A DNA stretch of 64,000 nucleotides from Basidiobolus meristosporus CBS 931.73. Its lineage: Eukaryota > Fungi > Basidiobolomycota. A program made the position numbers and the translations under genes. Position 1 is the stretch's first letter; the number at the start of each line of letters is the position of its first letter. The stretch is taken from the NCBI GenBank assembly GCA_002104905.1, contig MCFE01000252.1:49697-113696 (forward strand). The letters run 5' to 3'. Of the stretch, positions 1 through 11,599 are shown piece after piece. The notes below the pieces were generated by a model. That model saw only the letters and a list, made by a program, of their open reading frames with translations. It was not told where the DNA came from and ran no database searches.

Positions 1-1
1 C

Positions 2-1087
2 CTATATAGTCCTCAGGGATACATAGTCAGTAAGCATGGTGACAAATTATCCACAGCATTTGGACAAGGAGGAATGAGAGTTCACTACAAGCAAGTCACC
101 TCTCATACAAGAAAGGTTCAACTCCATGAAGAAGAAGATCCTGACTACTTTGATCCAGCTGAAGTTCTGAACTTTGACTATGAGGACCCCAGAGAGGCCC
201 AAGATCATATAGCTTCAATTTATGCTTCAAAGAGACACCATCCTGAAAAAATGGCTAATCCAGGCCCAGCAACAAAAGTACCAAGATGTGAGCCAGAAGT
301 TGTGATTGAGAAGAAAGCATCACCCCCATTAATTTTACAAGAGTCTGCCAAGGCCAACAACTACCACATGCAGCCTAGAGTCAAGCAAAATGGTACCCCA
401 GAGGCTCTGACAAGTCATATACTAGGAAGCAACATATCAATCAAGGTTGGAGAGCTACTCAGTGTATCACCATCTGTAAGAAAGACTCTGGATGAGCATA
501 TCAGAATAAGAAAGCATCCAATTGAATCAACTCAAGGCAACCAGGTCAGGACAGTTCAAGGAAGCCAAAATATCAGTAAGCTGCATCAAAGCCAGAAACA
601 CTACTACTCAGTGGCAACTGCAACAACTACAGGAACTGTGCATAATCAAGAAATCCTATGTCATATAGACAGTGGATCTGAGATATGTGTGATGCCTTTG
701 GAGGCTTGGAAACAACTACCATGCAAAGACTTATTGCCCATAGACACCAATATCAATTGGAGCATGAAGGATGCCAACTCAGGGCAATCAAAGCTTTTAG
801 GAATTATTCACAGCTTCCCTTTCATCATTGAAGGAATACCCCATGAGATCCCAGTATTCATATGTGCAAAGGCTAACTTTGAATTACTTCTTGGAAGACC
901 ATGGGAGGTAAAAGCAAGAGCAACTGCAGTGAACTACCCTGATAGTTCAGCATGGTATACTATATACTCAGAGAGCCCAGGACTAACAGCAACCTTCTGT
1001 GGTGTGGACTCAAACAATATCCGATCAATGACATCATGTAGATTTCTATCTCAAGAAAGGACAGGTGGCTTCATTGAGGAAGACTGA
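2..1087 (+). mobile_element. Ty3/gypsy-like gag C-terminus plus aspartic protease ORF, open to the left window edge
   Basis: Retropepsin motifs CHIDSGSEICVM and ELLLGRPW; the frame stays open upstream of the ORF-track Met at 74; CpG-poor. Confidence 0.8.
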
Positions 1088-1120
1088 GAGAGCACTTTGT
1101 TCTCCAAACTTACAGTGGTT

Positions 1121-1165
1121 AGCTAAAAAGTTTCAGGGAACTTTTTAGCTCAAGTGGGGGGTGGA
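1121..1165 (+). promoter_or_regulatory. 12-bp hairpin followed by the polypurine tract of the gypsy-like element
   Basis: AGCTAAAAAGTT-tcaggg-AACTTTTTAGCT (1121-1150), then AAGTGGGGGGTGGA (1152-1165) abutting TG at 1166. Confidence 0.65.
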
Positions 1166-1420
1166 TGTGGTAGGGTAAACATACCTCCCACAGACAAGTT
1201 TATTCATATAGTCATTATGATATACTTATCCATATTTTATCTTATCAGTATTATCCCATTCTTCTTCTGCCCATATTATCAGTATTATCCCCATATGATG
1301 TTTACCCTGATTAGTTATTAGCATTAGTTATCCCAGATGTTATTCAGCTTTGTGATCAGTAGATGTATCTATATAAGGCAAGTACCCGCGTCAGTACCCG
1401 TGACACATGACCTAGGTCTG
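1166..1420 (+). repeat. Probable 3' LTR of the gypsy-like element; right end uncertain
   Basis: Starts with TG directly after the PPT; TATATAA near 1369; no clear CA end identified. Confidence 0.5.
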
Positions 1421-1692
1421 TGTTACCATCCCTACCATTTCAATACCATATATGGTATTTCTATGTTGCACAGGTTTCAGATTACTGATTCCTGATTGGT
1501 TGAGAGTGCTGTGCCTTTTAGAACCTTCCAGGACATTCTTGGCATATTTTTAGCTCATAGTGATGTCATCAAGAATTCCACTGATACCTAGAATCTTCTA
1601 GAACCTTGTCATTAGTAATCACTTGGCAATCAGGAAAAGTATTTAAGGGAAAGCAATCCCTCATCAATAAATCATCCCTTCTATCAGTAACA
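1421..1692 (+). repeat. Candidate solo LTR of another family
   Basis: Bounded by TGTTAC...GTAACA, with TATTTAAG and AATAAA in the 3' half; no target-site duplication found. Confidence 0.35.
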
Positions 1693-1869
1693 CTTCTACC
1701 TTATTGATTAGCAGCTGATCACTGCACCTGCCTTCAACAGTACATCTCAGACCTGCCATCAAGGAGCTTTTCAGGGTAGTGCACAAGACACACAGAGGCC
1801 TTTGGAGACACTTGGAGCACCTAGGAAGCTAGAGAAGCAGGAGCTTTTACCATAGTGACATATTGACAA

Positions 1870-2324
1870 AGACACCAGCAGTTTAGACACAGAGGTTATT
1901 GCACCCATCAGACACCTCACACACCTTGAGTTGTGTAGCTTCTCCCTGGAGTACCTCTACACCACCACAGCGTTCCAATTTTTTTCTTGAGCAATGCATT
2001 GGCAACTTGTCTTTTGCTTTAAGGTAAATGTAGCTGAACTCTCTGTGTTCTTTCTTCTGATACTTTGAGGCTTCTTCTCCTACACCTTTAGGATTGCATT
2101 CATTTCCCATAATAATATGCCAAAGGCCACTTTCCTGTAATATCATCTCAGCTTCATTTTCCAGCCTTGGTAGTTAGATTCATCCAACTACTCAGCAGAG
2201 GTAAAAATTCCAACTATAACAGTAGCAGACATTCCAGAGAGTGGCAGATTGGGGCTCATTACTGGCTTTAGGAGCTTTGGAGAAATTGAATGTGATTGGG
2301 AGAGCAAATAGATTATGTGGTCTT
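1870..2324 (-). mobile_element. Older Ty1/copia copy: LTR U5 end, degenerate PBS and gag start
   Basis: ORF 1883-2146 resembles copia gag (GLWHIIMG...); it is preceded on the minus strand by ccagtaatgagcccc and the LTR 3' end; the rest of this LTR lies at 6553-6844. Confidence 0.7.
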
Positions 2325-2673
2325 TGTTGTAAAAATTTGTAATTTCACCTAAATACTCACCTAACTTAGTTACTTGGATCATTACTGTCAAATCCTAGAG
2401 AATACTGACCAAATGCCTTGTTGGAATCTACTTAGAATATTTTCACCAAAACATCTGGTGCCAAGAACATGAAATTTCCCTAAGTTGTCCAAACAGCCCC
2501 AAACTTTGCACAAATGCTCTTGGGATCTTCCTACACCTGTTCTGTGTGCTTTTTATGGCAATATCATGTAAAAGTATAGATACTACTTATACATTCAATA
2601 GATTACTAAGTGAAACCCCCATAATATACTTGTTCCCCTAATCACTTCCAATATCTCCAAGACTCTTACAACA
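2325..2673 (+). repeat. 5' LTR of the copia family (~349 bp)
   Basis: TGTTGTAA...TTACAACA terminal inverted ends; homologous to copies at 7105, 56796 and 57670. Confidence 0.9.
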
Positions 2674-2686
2674 GGTTATGAGCCCC
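2674..2686 (+). promoter_or_regulatory. Primer binding site GGTTATGAGCCC, complementary to the initiator tRNA-Met anticodon arm
   Basis: Immediately follows the LTR CA; matches the Ty5/copia half-tRNA type of PBS. Confidence 0.85.
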
Positions 2687-3635
2687 AAGCTATCACTCTC
2701 TGCAATGTCTACTGCAGCAATGACTGAAACTTTACCTCTGCAGAAAAGTTGGATGGATACAGCTACAATGTGTGGAAGTTGCAGATGATGATGCTGCTAT
2801 AAGAAAGAGGTCTTTGTATATTGTCATGGGAGAACATTAGCCTCCTAAAAATGTGGGAGAGGGATTTTTAAAGTACCAGAAGAATGAACAAAGTGCCTTT
2901 AACTTTGTTTGCCTTGATATCAAGGACAATTTGCTAATTCATTGCTTAAGGGCAAAAACAGCAAAGAATGCCTGGAGGGCATTAGTTGACACCTACCAGT
3001 CATGTTCTGCTGCCAAGAAAATGTGTCTTAAATAAGAGTTCTATACAACAAAAATGCTGCCAGGAGAAGTCATGAATAATCTAATGAACAAAATTACCCT
3101 GCAGGTGGATGAGATGGAGTCTGTGGGTGAACCAGCTACTGATGAGGATGTAATAGTCAGCATCCTGAATAGCCTGACAGACAAGCTTCAGGGCTTTTTA
3201 GCTGCCCAAGAGTCCAAAACTGAAGATTTGACTTTAAATTATGTATATGGAAGGCTCCTGGATAAAGAATTAAGAAAATCAGGTGCCAAGAAGAAGGAAG
3301 AATAAAATGCTTAAATAGCCAGTAATAACCAACAAAGGAGATACCCAAGACCTTTTCAAGGAAATAGCAATTGTTTTGCAACTACTGCAAAAGGAAAGGG
3401 CACACATCAGACCAGTGCTGGAAAAAGAGAGATAGTTAGCAGAAAAAGCCTGTATATGGAGATGTGGCAACAACTGAAGATAGAATACTCACATTTGCAC
3501 TCAATATGACCCTAAACAAGAATTCTCAGATGTGTCTAATTGACTCTGGCACATCTTAAAACTTTACCCACCAAGAAGAACTTTGTACCCAATATCAAGC
3601 AATCCCAATCAAGAAGGTTTTCATGGGTGACAATA

Positions 3636-4720
3636 CCCTATGAAAAATAATTTGGTCCAGCAGGTGGATCCAATCCAGATCAGCTGTCAAGATCCCATCA
3701 GGAGACTGCTATAATGCCAGTAGCTTGATATTAATGATCATCTACGCAATCTTATGATGGGATCATGACAGAGTTTTGCTAATTTTACAGCCAAGTAATG
3801 TTGATAAAGTATAACAGTGTTTTTACAGTGTTTTGCCAAGAGTGGCATGACATTATTGCGGTCTTAGTGCACTTCTTGACTATTTAATTGGATCTAACTA
3901 GCCAGCACATCCAATTGCCTTCTATGGCAAATAACCTGACAGCATTTTGATGGCCTCTTTGCCAGCCTCTAATGGTATTTTCACAGCAGTATGGCAGCCT
4001 ACTACTAGCTCTGTATAATGCTATCATGCCAATTTACCAAATGTATGTTCTTTTTCAAGCCCCCCTTGCCAAATTCATATATTTCACTGTAGAATCACCC
4101 CTCTGTATTTGCTTTCCCACTACTACCTTGGGTATTCCACATATAGCTTGAATCAAAAGATACTTTGGCCTCCTGTTTACTAACCTCTACACACAGGCAC
4201 ATCTGCCGTAAATGACATAGTTCTATCACCTTAACTTTACAGCTCTTAAGTGTGAAGCATGCAAAGTTGCCATCTACCTTCTATTGCTGGTAACATATAC
4301 ATCTTGCAAAAATATGCTTGGTTGTTGCCACTTCTGCCACATATACCTCCTCAATATCTGCATAGAGCTTTTTGGTGTTTAGCCAATATATTCCTTCTCC
4401 CTCTTGGATTCTAGTCCCCCTTATAGGTGTGCTCTGGCACACATTTGTGTGAATTTGTGTTAAATGGTGTAGAAGTTGGCTTGTGACCAAGAGAAATCCA
4501 GCATACCTTGGTAGAGTTTTCTAATAAAAATTAGTTACTTGTTGTACCCAACCCAACTTTGCATTACTTAACAGATTACCCATGCAATGGGGCTCCTTAG
4601 CTACTTAATGCCATAGGCATAGGTGTCTCCATGGGCACATCTGTCCTTGGTATTTTCCAACTCTTCCTGGCTGTCCTCCATGCACCACCTCATCACATCC
4701 ATGACAGACTTGAAGATGAT
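3636..4720. repeat. Unclassified degenerate repeat (family B), copy 1, sitting where copia integrase should be
   Basis: Alignable by eye along its length with 57168-58610; shares the GGTGGATCC(A/G)ATCCAGATC end motif. Confidence 0.75.
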
Positions 4721-6552
4721 ATTCTAAGAAATAGCCCAAATTACTATATTAGTAAGGGTACAAATCTAGCCTATGCCTATTCAGTCCATATTGATGGGTC
4801 CCAGATTGTAAAGAGGCCCTAAATAGCCCTCTGACAAAGTTTGAGATCTGCAATGACTGAGCAATATCAGGGCCTAATGGAAAATCAAACTTAGAACTTG
4901 GTCAAATTACCAACCAACCAAAAATCAATTGGATGCAGATAGGTCTTTAAGACAGAGTACAAGGCCAATGGTACAACTGAAAGATACAAACCAAAACTTG
5001 TGGCCAAAGGATACTCTCAAACAAAAGGACTTGACTATACTGAGACCTTTACACCAGTAGCCAAGTTTAATTCCATCAGATTAATATTGGCTATTGCAAC
5101 CAAATGTAAGTTTTCTATATATATCAAATGGATATCAGAAATGCATTTTTAAATGCCAAACTTGATGAGGATGTGTATATGCACCAGCCTGATGGGTTTG
5201 TTGACCAAGATAACCTCCATTTGGTCTGCAAGCTTAAAAATTCTCTATATGAACTCAATCAATGACCAAGTGCCTGGAATTGCAAAATAGATTCCTATAT
5301 GGAATCTTTGAGTTTCAAAGGAGTAATGCTGAATATAGTATATACTTTGAGACAGATAGAGCAAATTCAGCTCTATTAGCTCTATATGTCAATGGTCTTA
5401 TTTTAGCTGCCAATAACCTAGAAACATTGGAAGAGACTAAATCCAGCCTATCTAAAGAGTTCAAGATGTCCAATCTAAGAGAGCCCAGTTGCTACCTAGG
5501 GATAAAGTTCTCCATAGACAGAAGTACCCTGACTGCCATCCTAAGCCAATCCAGATATATTCAAGATATACTAAAGAAGTACCAAATGGAAGACTGTAAG
5601 CCAGCAGCTACCCCAATGGTGACAAACCTTAACTTGGTCAAAACTCATGCAAATCAAGAGAGCTTGGTTCCATCTGAAAGCCCTGACTTTCCTTATCAAT
5701 CTATGGTTGGCAGTCTGATATATATCAGGCCTGGAGCATGTCTAGATATCTCATATTCAGTGGGAGTTGTTAGCCAGCATAATCAATACTATGGATCTGA
5801 TCATATTGCGGCATTTAAGCAGATTTTTAGATACCTAAAAGGAACTGCTGATATCTGCTTAAGATACACTTATAAGGTTTCAAAACAGGTACATGTGGGA
5901 TACTGTGATGCTGATTGGGGATGAAATTTGGAAGACAGAAGATCAACCACAGTATGCACCTTTCTTTACAGCAAAGGAGCAATTTCATGGAATTCAAGAA
6001 AGCAACCAACCATTACACTTTCTACCACAGAGGCAGAGTACATAGCAGCCTGTGAAGCTACAGCAGAAGCAATGAGGCTAAGAGAGCATTTCAAAGATTT
6101 AGGTTTATGTCAAAAAATGCCTATTACTTTATTTCTAGGTTATCAAGCATGTATACAATTAGGTAGAAATCCAGCTTTTCATGCTAGAGCCAAGCACATA
6201 GATATTAGACATCATTTCATACATGAAGCTATAGAGAACAATTTAGTCAACTTAGATTACTATCCTGCAGATGAAATGATTGCAGACATATTTACCAAAC
6301 CAGGATTTATTTGGAATATTTTCACCAAAATATCCTGTACCCAAAACATAAGAATTCTCAAAGTTATCCAAAAAGCCCCAATCTTTACACACATGTTCTT
6401 GGGACATTCCTAAACCCATTTCTTGAGCTTGTTATGCCAAGATTATGTAAATGTATAAATACTACTTTTACATTCAATAAATCATTAAGTAAAAACCACA
6501 TTATCTACTTGTTCTCCCAATCACTTCCAATATTTCTAAGACTCTTACAACA

Positions 6553-6844
6553 ATATTCACTTAAGGCTCTACTGACTGTGAGAGTAGTATTTATACTTTT
6601 GTATGGTCTTGGAAAGACAAACATGTAATCCATGTTTAGAAAGATCCCAAAAATATGTGTGCAGAGTTTGGGGCTGTTTGGACAACTTTGAGAATTTCAT
6701 GTTGTGAATATCTGATGTTTTGGTGAAAATATTCTGAGTAAATCCTGACATGGAATTTGCCTAGAATTCTCCAAGAATTGCAATCAATTATCTATGTGAC
6801 TAAGCTAGGTGGACACTAAGTTGCAATTACCAGCTTTTACAACA
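6553..6844 (-). repeat. Remainder of the 5' LTR of the older minus-strand copia copy
   Basis: Reverse-complement LTR resumes exactly where it was interrupted at 2324 and ends in TTTTACAACA. Confidence 0.8.
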
Positions 6845-6904
6845 AAACTATATAATCTACCTGTTCTCCCAATCACCTCCCATATCTTCAAACCATTTAC
6901 AACA
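6845..6904 (+). repeat. Last ~60 bp of a third, outermost copia LTR
   Basis: aaactatataatctacctgttctcccaatcac...ttacaaca matches the LTR 3' end. Confidence 0.75.
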
Positions 6905-7104
6905 GCATACAGTCTATCTGGCAAAACAGGTGCAGATATAGTTGCAAAATCATCAGCTACAACATTGTTGTGATCTTGCAAGCACTTTGAGTATCTAAGA
7001 CTCTTGCAATACAGGCAACCAAGTGACCATAGATAATAATGTGTATATGCATATCTTATAACTAAGAGGGAGGTGACTATTACATCTTAATCAGTACCTT
7101 CTAC

Positions 7105-7451
7105 TGATGTAAGCTTTGTAATTACACCCAAATATTCACCTAACTTGGTCACTAAGATCACAGTCTACAAATCTTAGAGAATTCCAGCCAAATTCTTTGT
7201 CAGGATTTACTTAAAATATTTTCACCATAGCATCAGGTACCCAGTACATGTAATGTTGATAGGTTGGCTAAGTAGCCCCAAACTTTGCATACATACTCTT
7301 GGGACCTTTCTAGACATATCATATGTGTTTGTTTTGCTAAGATCTTATCAAAGTATAACTCAACCCTTACATTCAATAAATCATTAAGTGAAAACCACAT
7401 AATCTACTTGTTCTCCCAATCACTTCCAGCATCTCCAAAGCTCTTACAACA
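7105..7451 (+). repeat. Solo copia LTR
   Basis: Full-length match to the family, TGATGTAA...TTACAACA; flanks tctac/tgcac give only a 3/5 TSD match. Confidence 0.8.
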
Positions 7452-7866
7452 TGCACTCCAATTGATATCATCTCACCACCAACGTAGTGATATTACTAGC
7501 ATTTCAATCTTTTTTTTTCTGCCAAAATAACTGCCATCGTTTTATAAGTAATTATGAAATCCTATACCCCATGCACATATGCATTTGTAGAACATCGATC
7601 ACGGAAATATAATAGTATCCATCAGATTTTGGTTTGTTGATTTGTACACTTCCCTTTACTTGCAGATTCTCAAGCATATGGACTTACCCGTTGGAACAAT
7701 TTTGATGTGGACTTGACTGTATTTAAGCTTGATGGGCAGAGGAAAAGCTCGGTCAAGTACTAAGTTGCTTCATTAAATTATTTTCATATTCAAATTGCGT
7801 ATTTTATTCAAGATTCAATCAAATTCCGGTTGGCCTTCTGACATCCATTTTGGTGCGAGTGGCAAT

Positions 7867-9594
7867 CTACGAGCTGAAACCGCAGTATATAGCCCCAGCA
7901 CCTGACTCTCTGCAAACTGTTCCTGTTCCGCACTGACGGGGAACCCATGCTCCGTAAACACATTCTAAGTACTCGGCGTTAGCACCCTCGACAACACATT
8001 TACTGGTATTCTCCGTACATTCAGATCCGTTGGAGCTGGTTGAGTGGGCAGGCTCGTCAACTACTGAGGATTCCGGTGTATATTGAGCAGTCTCAGTAGA
8101 ACTGGAGCTTGCAACGGAATCACTCGTCTCGGACACAGTGAGTGCACTTGATGACCCCGCCTCCACAGACTGGGATATATCCGATGTAGCGCTGGAGCTT
8201 TCTGGGCTTGGTACGCTAGAGGGCAGCCCGGCAGAGGTGGTTGGGACTTGAGGCTTGGGGATGGAGTTCCCGTGAATAAGCTGCAGCACATCCAATAGTT
8301 CGTCATTGTTATCCTGGGTAACATCCCAATACATGACTCCCTTCAATCCTTTCTCTCTTGAGAAATCCACCTTCACTTGCAGAGAGGTAGGATCATCATA
8401 AGAAATAAAGCGTTGATCCGAGGCACGAAACAGCCAAGGGGTTTGAGTAACATTGTCGTAATACCTTGACCAGCCCTCCACCGGCGTATATGGATCTTGC
8501 TTCAGAATCTCCTCTCTTATAAACTTCCACTTCCATACCCCGGAGTAGACGCTACCCTCGTTACAGAATAGATTTGGCTCATTGGAATCCGAATTATCTC
8601 CCTTGGGTGTGACAGCGTTTTTGGCGGCATACATGCTTATCGGCTTATTGTTCATATCGGTGTCGGCAGTAAGCGAGCGTCCATAGAAAGGTAGCCCCAT
8701 AACCAGCTTCTCAGCAGGGAACTTGGCTGCTGTCCAATCATTGAATGCTTGCGTGACTGAGAATGGATCGCCGTTACCGGGGGAATAGTTGAAGGGTGCG
8801 TTGGGTCCAGTGGTGCTGGACCAAGCACCGTTGATATCATAGGCCATGATATTCACATAATCCAGGTATTGTGCGAATTCGGAAACATCAGTCAGAGGGA
8901 TCCCATCAGGCCCGTCAAAGGGCTTGACTCGAACAGCAGCAGACATTAATTTACGATCATTAGGGAACTCCTTGTCCATGGCTTCCCTCAACTCCTGGAG
9001 CAACACCAGGTAGTTGGCTGTATCGTTTTTGTCAACAACGTTGCATTTTCCGGCCTCGCGAGCAGGATACTCCCAGTCAATGTCGATCCCGTCCAGGTCC
9101 CACCCATCTGGGTTTTCATCGTATTCTGGCTTGGTGTTCTTACGAACAAACACAAGAGCATTCTCGATGAATTTCTGGCGCAGCTGAGGGTCTTTGGCTA
9201 CCGATGAGAATGTCTGGCCTCCCGTCCACCCGCCAAGGGAAATCAGGACCTTGACTCCTTTGGGCTTTGCAAGCGACACGATCTGGCGGATCTTGTTACC
9301 ATCGTAGTAGCGGTCTATAGAAATGTTGGCGGGGTCGTCTTTCTTGGTCAATATTCCGAAGCCTGGGGTACTGCAATTAGTGAGGTAGAAACGGCCAATA
9401 CTATGCAGGAATCACTTACCGTAGTTGATATGCGTCAGCTTATCGTAATTTATCGCGCTTGGATCTAATTTCCCCCACGGAACATAATAGCCAACTACGA
9501 TTTTGTCAGACGCTTCACCCGATTGTGCATATGCTAACGAGCTAAGCACGGCGACAGCAGAGAGTGCGGAAATTAAATACTGGCTTAGCTTCAT
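7867..9594 (-). CDS. Secreted GH18 chitinase with Ser/Thr linker and C-terminal CBM19-like Cys domain; one intron at 9363-9419
   Basis: Signal peptide; SLGGW; catalytic DLDGIDIDWEYP; MAYD; MYW; splicing gives HINYGFG. Confidence 0.95.
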
Positions 9595-10073
9595 TGTTTG
9601 TTGGCTATCTCAAACAGACCCCACGCCTTATATACCCAGCTTGTGTTTATTTTTCGGAATAGCTAGTCATACAATAGCCATATTTTTAGGCTTCTAGTAG
9701 TTATCGTTGTTTATTTTTATATGGTATTTCATAGTAGTTGATCAATTTTTTAATATGCATACACCAATCAATGGACTGCACATTCATCGGGCCATATAAA
9801 CTCATTATACTAGCAATTAACCAAAGTTCCAAGTGTAGTTCAACAAGAGCATACAGTATCCCTATCCTAGTCAAAACCCAATTCCCTAGAGTTCTTTGAT
9901 GAGTGTTTAGTTTTTGAAGTTGACTCAACAACACTTTAAAACCACCACAGCTTTTTCGTATACCGACTATCATGTCGCATAACTTCATTTTTTGGGAACG
10001 CTCGACGATAGCCGAGTTCAGTAGAAGATATAAGTTTGAAATCACCCGGGAATTAATTGAGCTTGAAGGCTTC

Positions 10074-11000
10074 CAGATATATATTGTGGAACAATGGTGA
10101 GTTTGAGCATTCTGAAGACTGAAAACTTGGCTGCTTGACTTGTTCATTTCTCAAACCTTCTGGTAAACGATTAACTGCATTTCTTGTTTCATTCCGAACT
10201 TCAGGATCACCAACCGTAAGCACATACACAATTCAATAGCCATCTTCACCGGTGCTCCTACACATACGGTAATAATACCATTCATCATCTGCAACTTTTA
10301 AGCTGTCCTCACGGTGGGCCACTCATTCTTTACAACTATGTTATATGCGTCTAGATTACTGCTTGTGTACTTACGGTACCGCTCGAGTTGACCGACGAAC
10401 AAAGAAAGGCACTTTCTCGATTGTACGACGAATTAGGGCAAAATGGAGCCCGAGAAATCAACGTAAATTTCTTGTCAATTACCGATAAGCGCGAAGAGAT
10501 ATGTTAATTCGTTTCCAGACTAAATTAGGCTCAATCATGGCGACCAACCTTGACCAGGTCCCCACCTCGTTGAATTTAGTGTCAGTGCCTGACGGAAAAT
10601 ATGACGAGCATATCATAGACTTCTGTGTCAACATCAACCTTAAACGACTTGGATGCAGTGGAAGGAGTGCGTTAACATTGAAACCACCCAGGTTAGCCAT
10701 TGGGTTGCCACTTCTATAATCCGCCATGTAGCTCATAAAGCATAGTCAAGTACAACAGGATAAATTCCATCAAGTTTACAAGACTTCGGACTTTCATTCA
10801 TTTCGAAGCACCGTTCTGGAAGTCGTAATTTTAGCACAGAAAGGGTTGGCTCTTCTAGGCCTTTACCATCATTCTGACGTCGATGGCTTGCTTTGCGACT
10901 CAACTCTGAATGCACTTCAGCAATACTATTTGGACTTTGGTCCCTTCGACTTCGAAGTATGAAACTTAAATCCTCACTACTTTTTGAACCATTCCTCACC
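10074..11000 (-). CDS. Possible multi-exon hypothetical gene
   Basis: Several short ORFs with plausible splice signals; no recognisable domain. Confidence 0.2.
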
Positions 11001-11599
11001 TATTCCGTAATTAGATGGGCGATGTCAAACTTGGACCCCAGCTATTTGCCTCGCTATTGAGCAAAATTATCACTGCGCGGAACAAGTTACATTCACTTGG
11101 CTATCAGGTAAGAATATCTGTCTAATGGCTTAAACGGTTGCCGCGTCAAAAACTGGTCGTTGACTGCTTTTCCTGAAGGTCGGAAAAGACCCATTCTTTG
11201 ACGGAGAACAATTCATTGCTGGGCTAAGCGCTTTTCAGGTTGGTTTATTTTATGTAGTAGTACCTCGAAATCCGGGCTAACCGTAGCTCTTCAGGAGAGA
11301 AAGAAGCTAAATCAACTGAAATACCTCGATAATCAAACCTTGAAAGTTATCGATGATGTGTACGATTCTAGTAGTCAACAAAGTCTCAACTTTCCAAAGG
11401 TATATCTCCTTTGGACTACATATGCTCTGGTGTATAGGCGTTAATCACCTTTTTTAACGTAAGGCCATCAAAACCAAATTAGGGGACCTTTCAGGTAAAC
11501 AAGCGTATCTCTAGTGCTTTCGTCATCGTTACTAAACGTTATACATAGGCTATGTACAAAATGAAATCGATGTAGCTACTACTGATTTGGAATATCTTG

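Larger units (their letters stand above)
2325..6552 (+). mobile_element. Degenerate Ty1/copia retrotransposon with 5' LTR and partial 3' LTR; integrase region missing
   Basis: LTR 2325-2673; gag; CCHC knuckle CNYCKRKGHTSDQC near 3377; protease LIDSG near 3535; RT (YLGI, YCDADW) and RNase H (STTEAEY, KHIDIRHHF, ADIFTK); many stops and frameshifts. Confidence 0.9.

Noticed and set aside
9701-10147. 148-aa minus-strand ORF upstream of the chitinase
   Set aside because: Non-ATG start, AT-rich and no motif; could not be supported as a separate gene.
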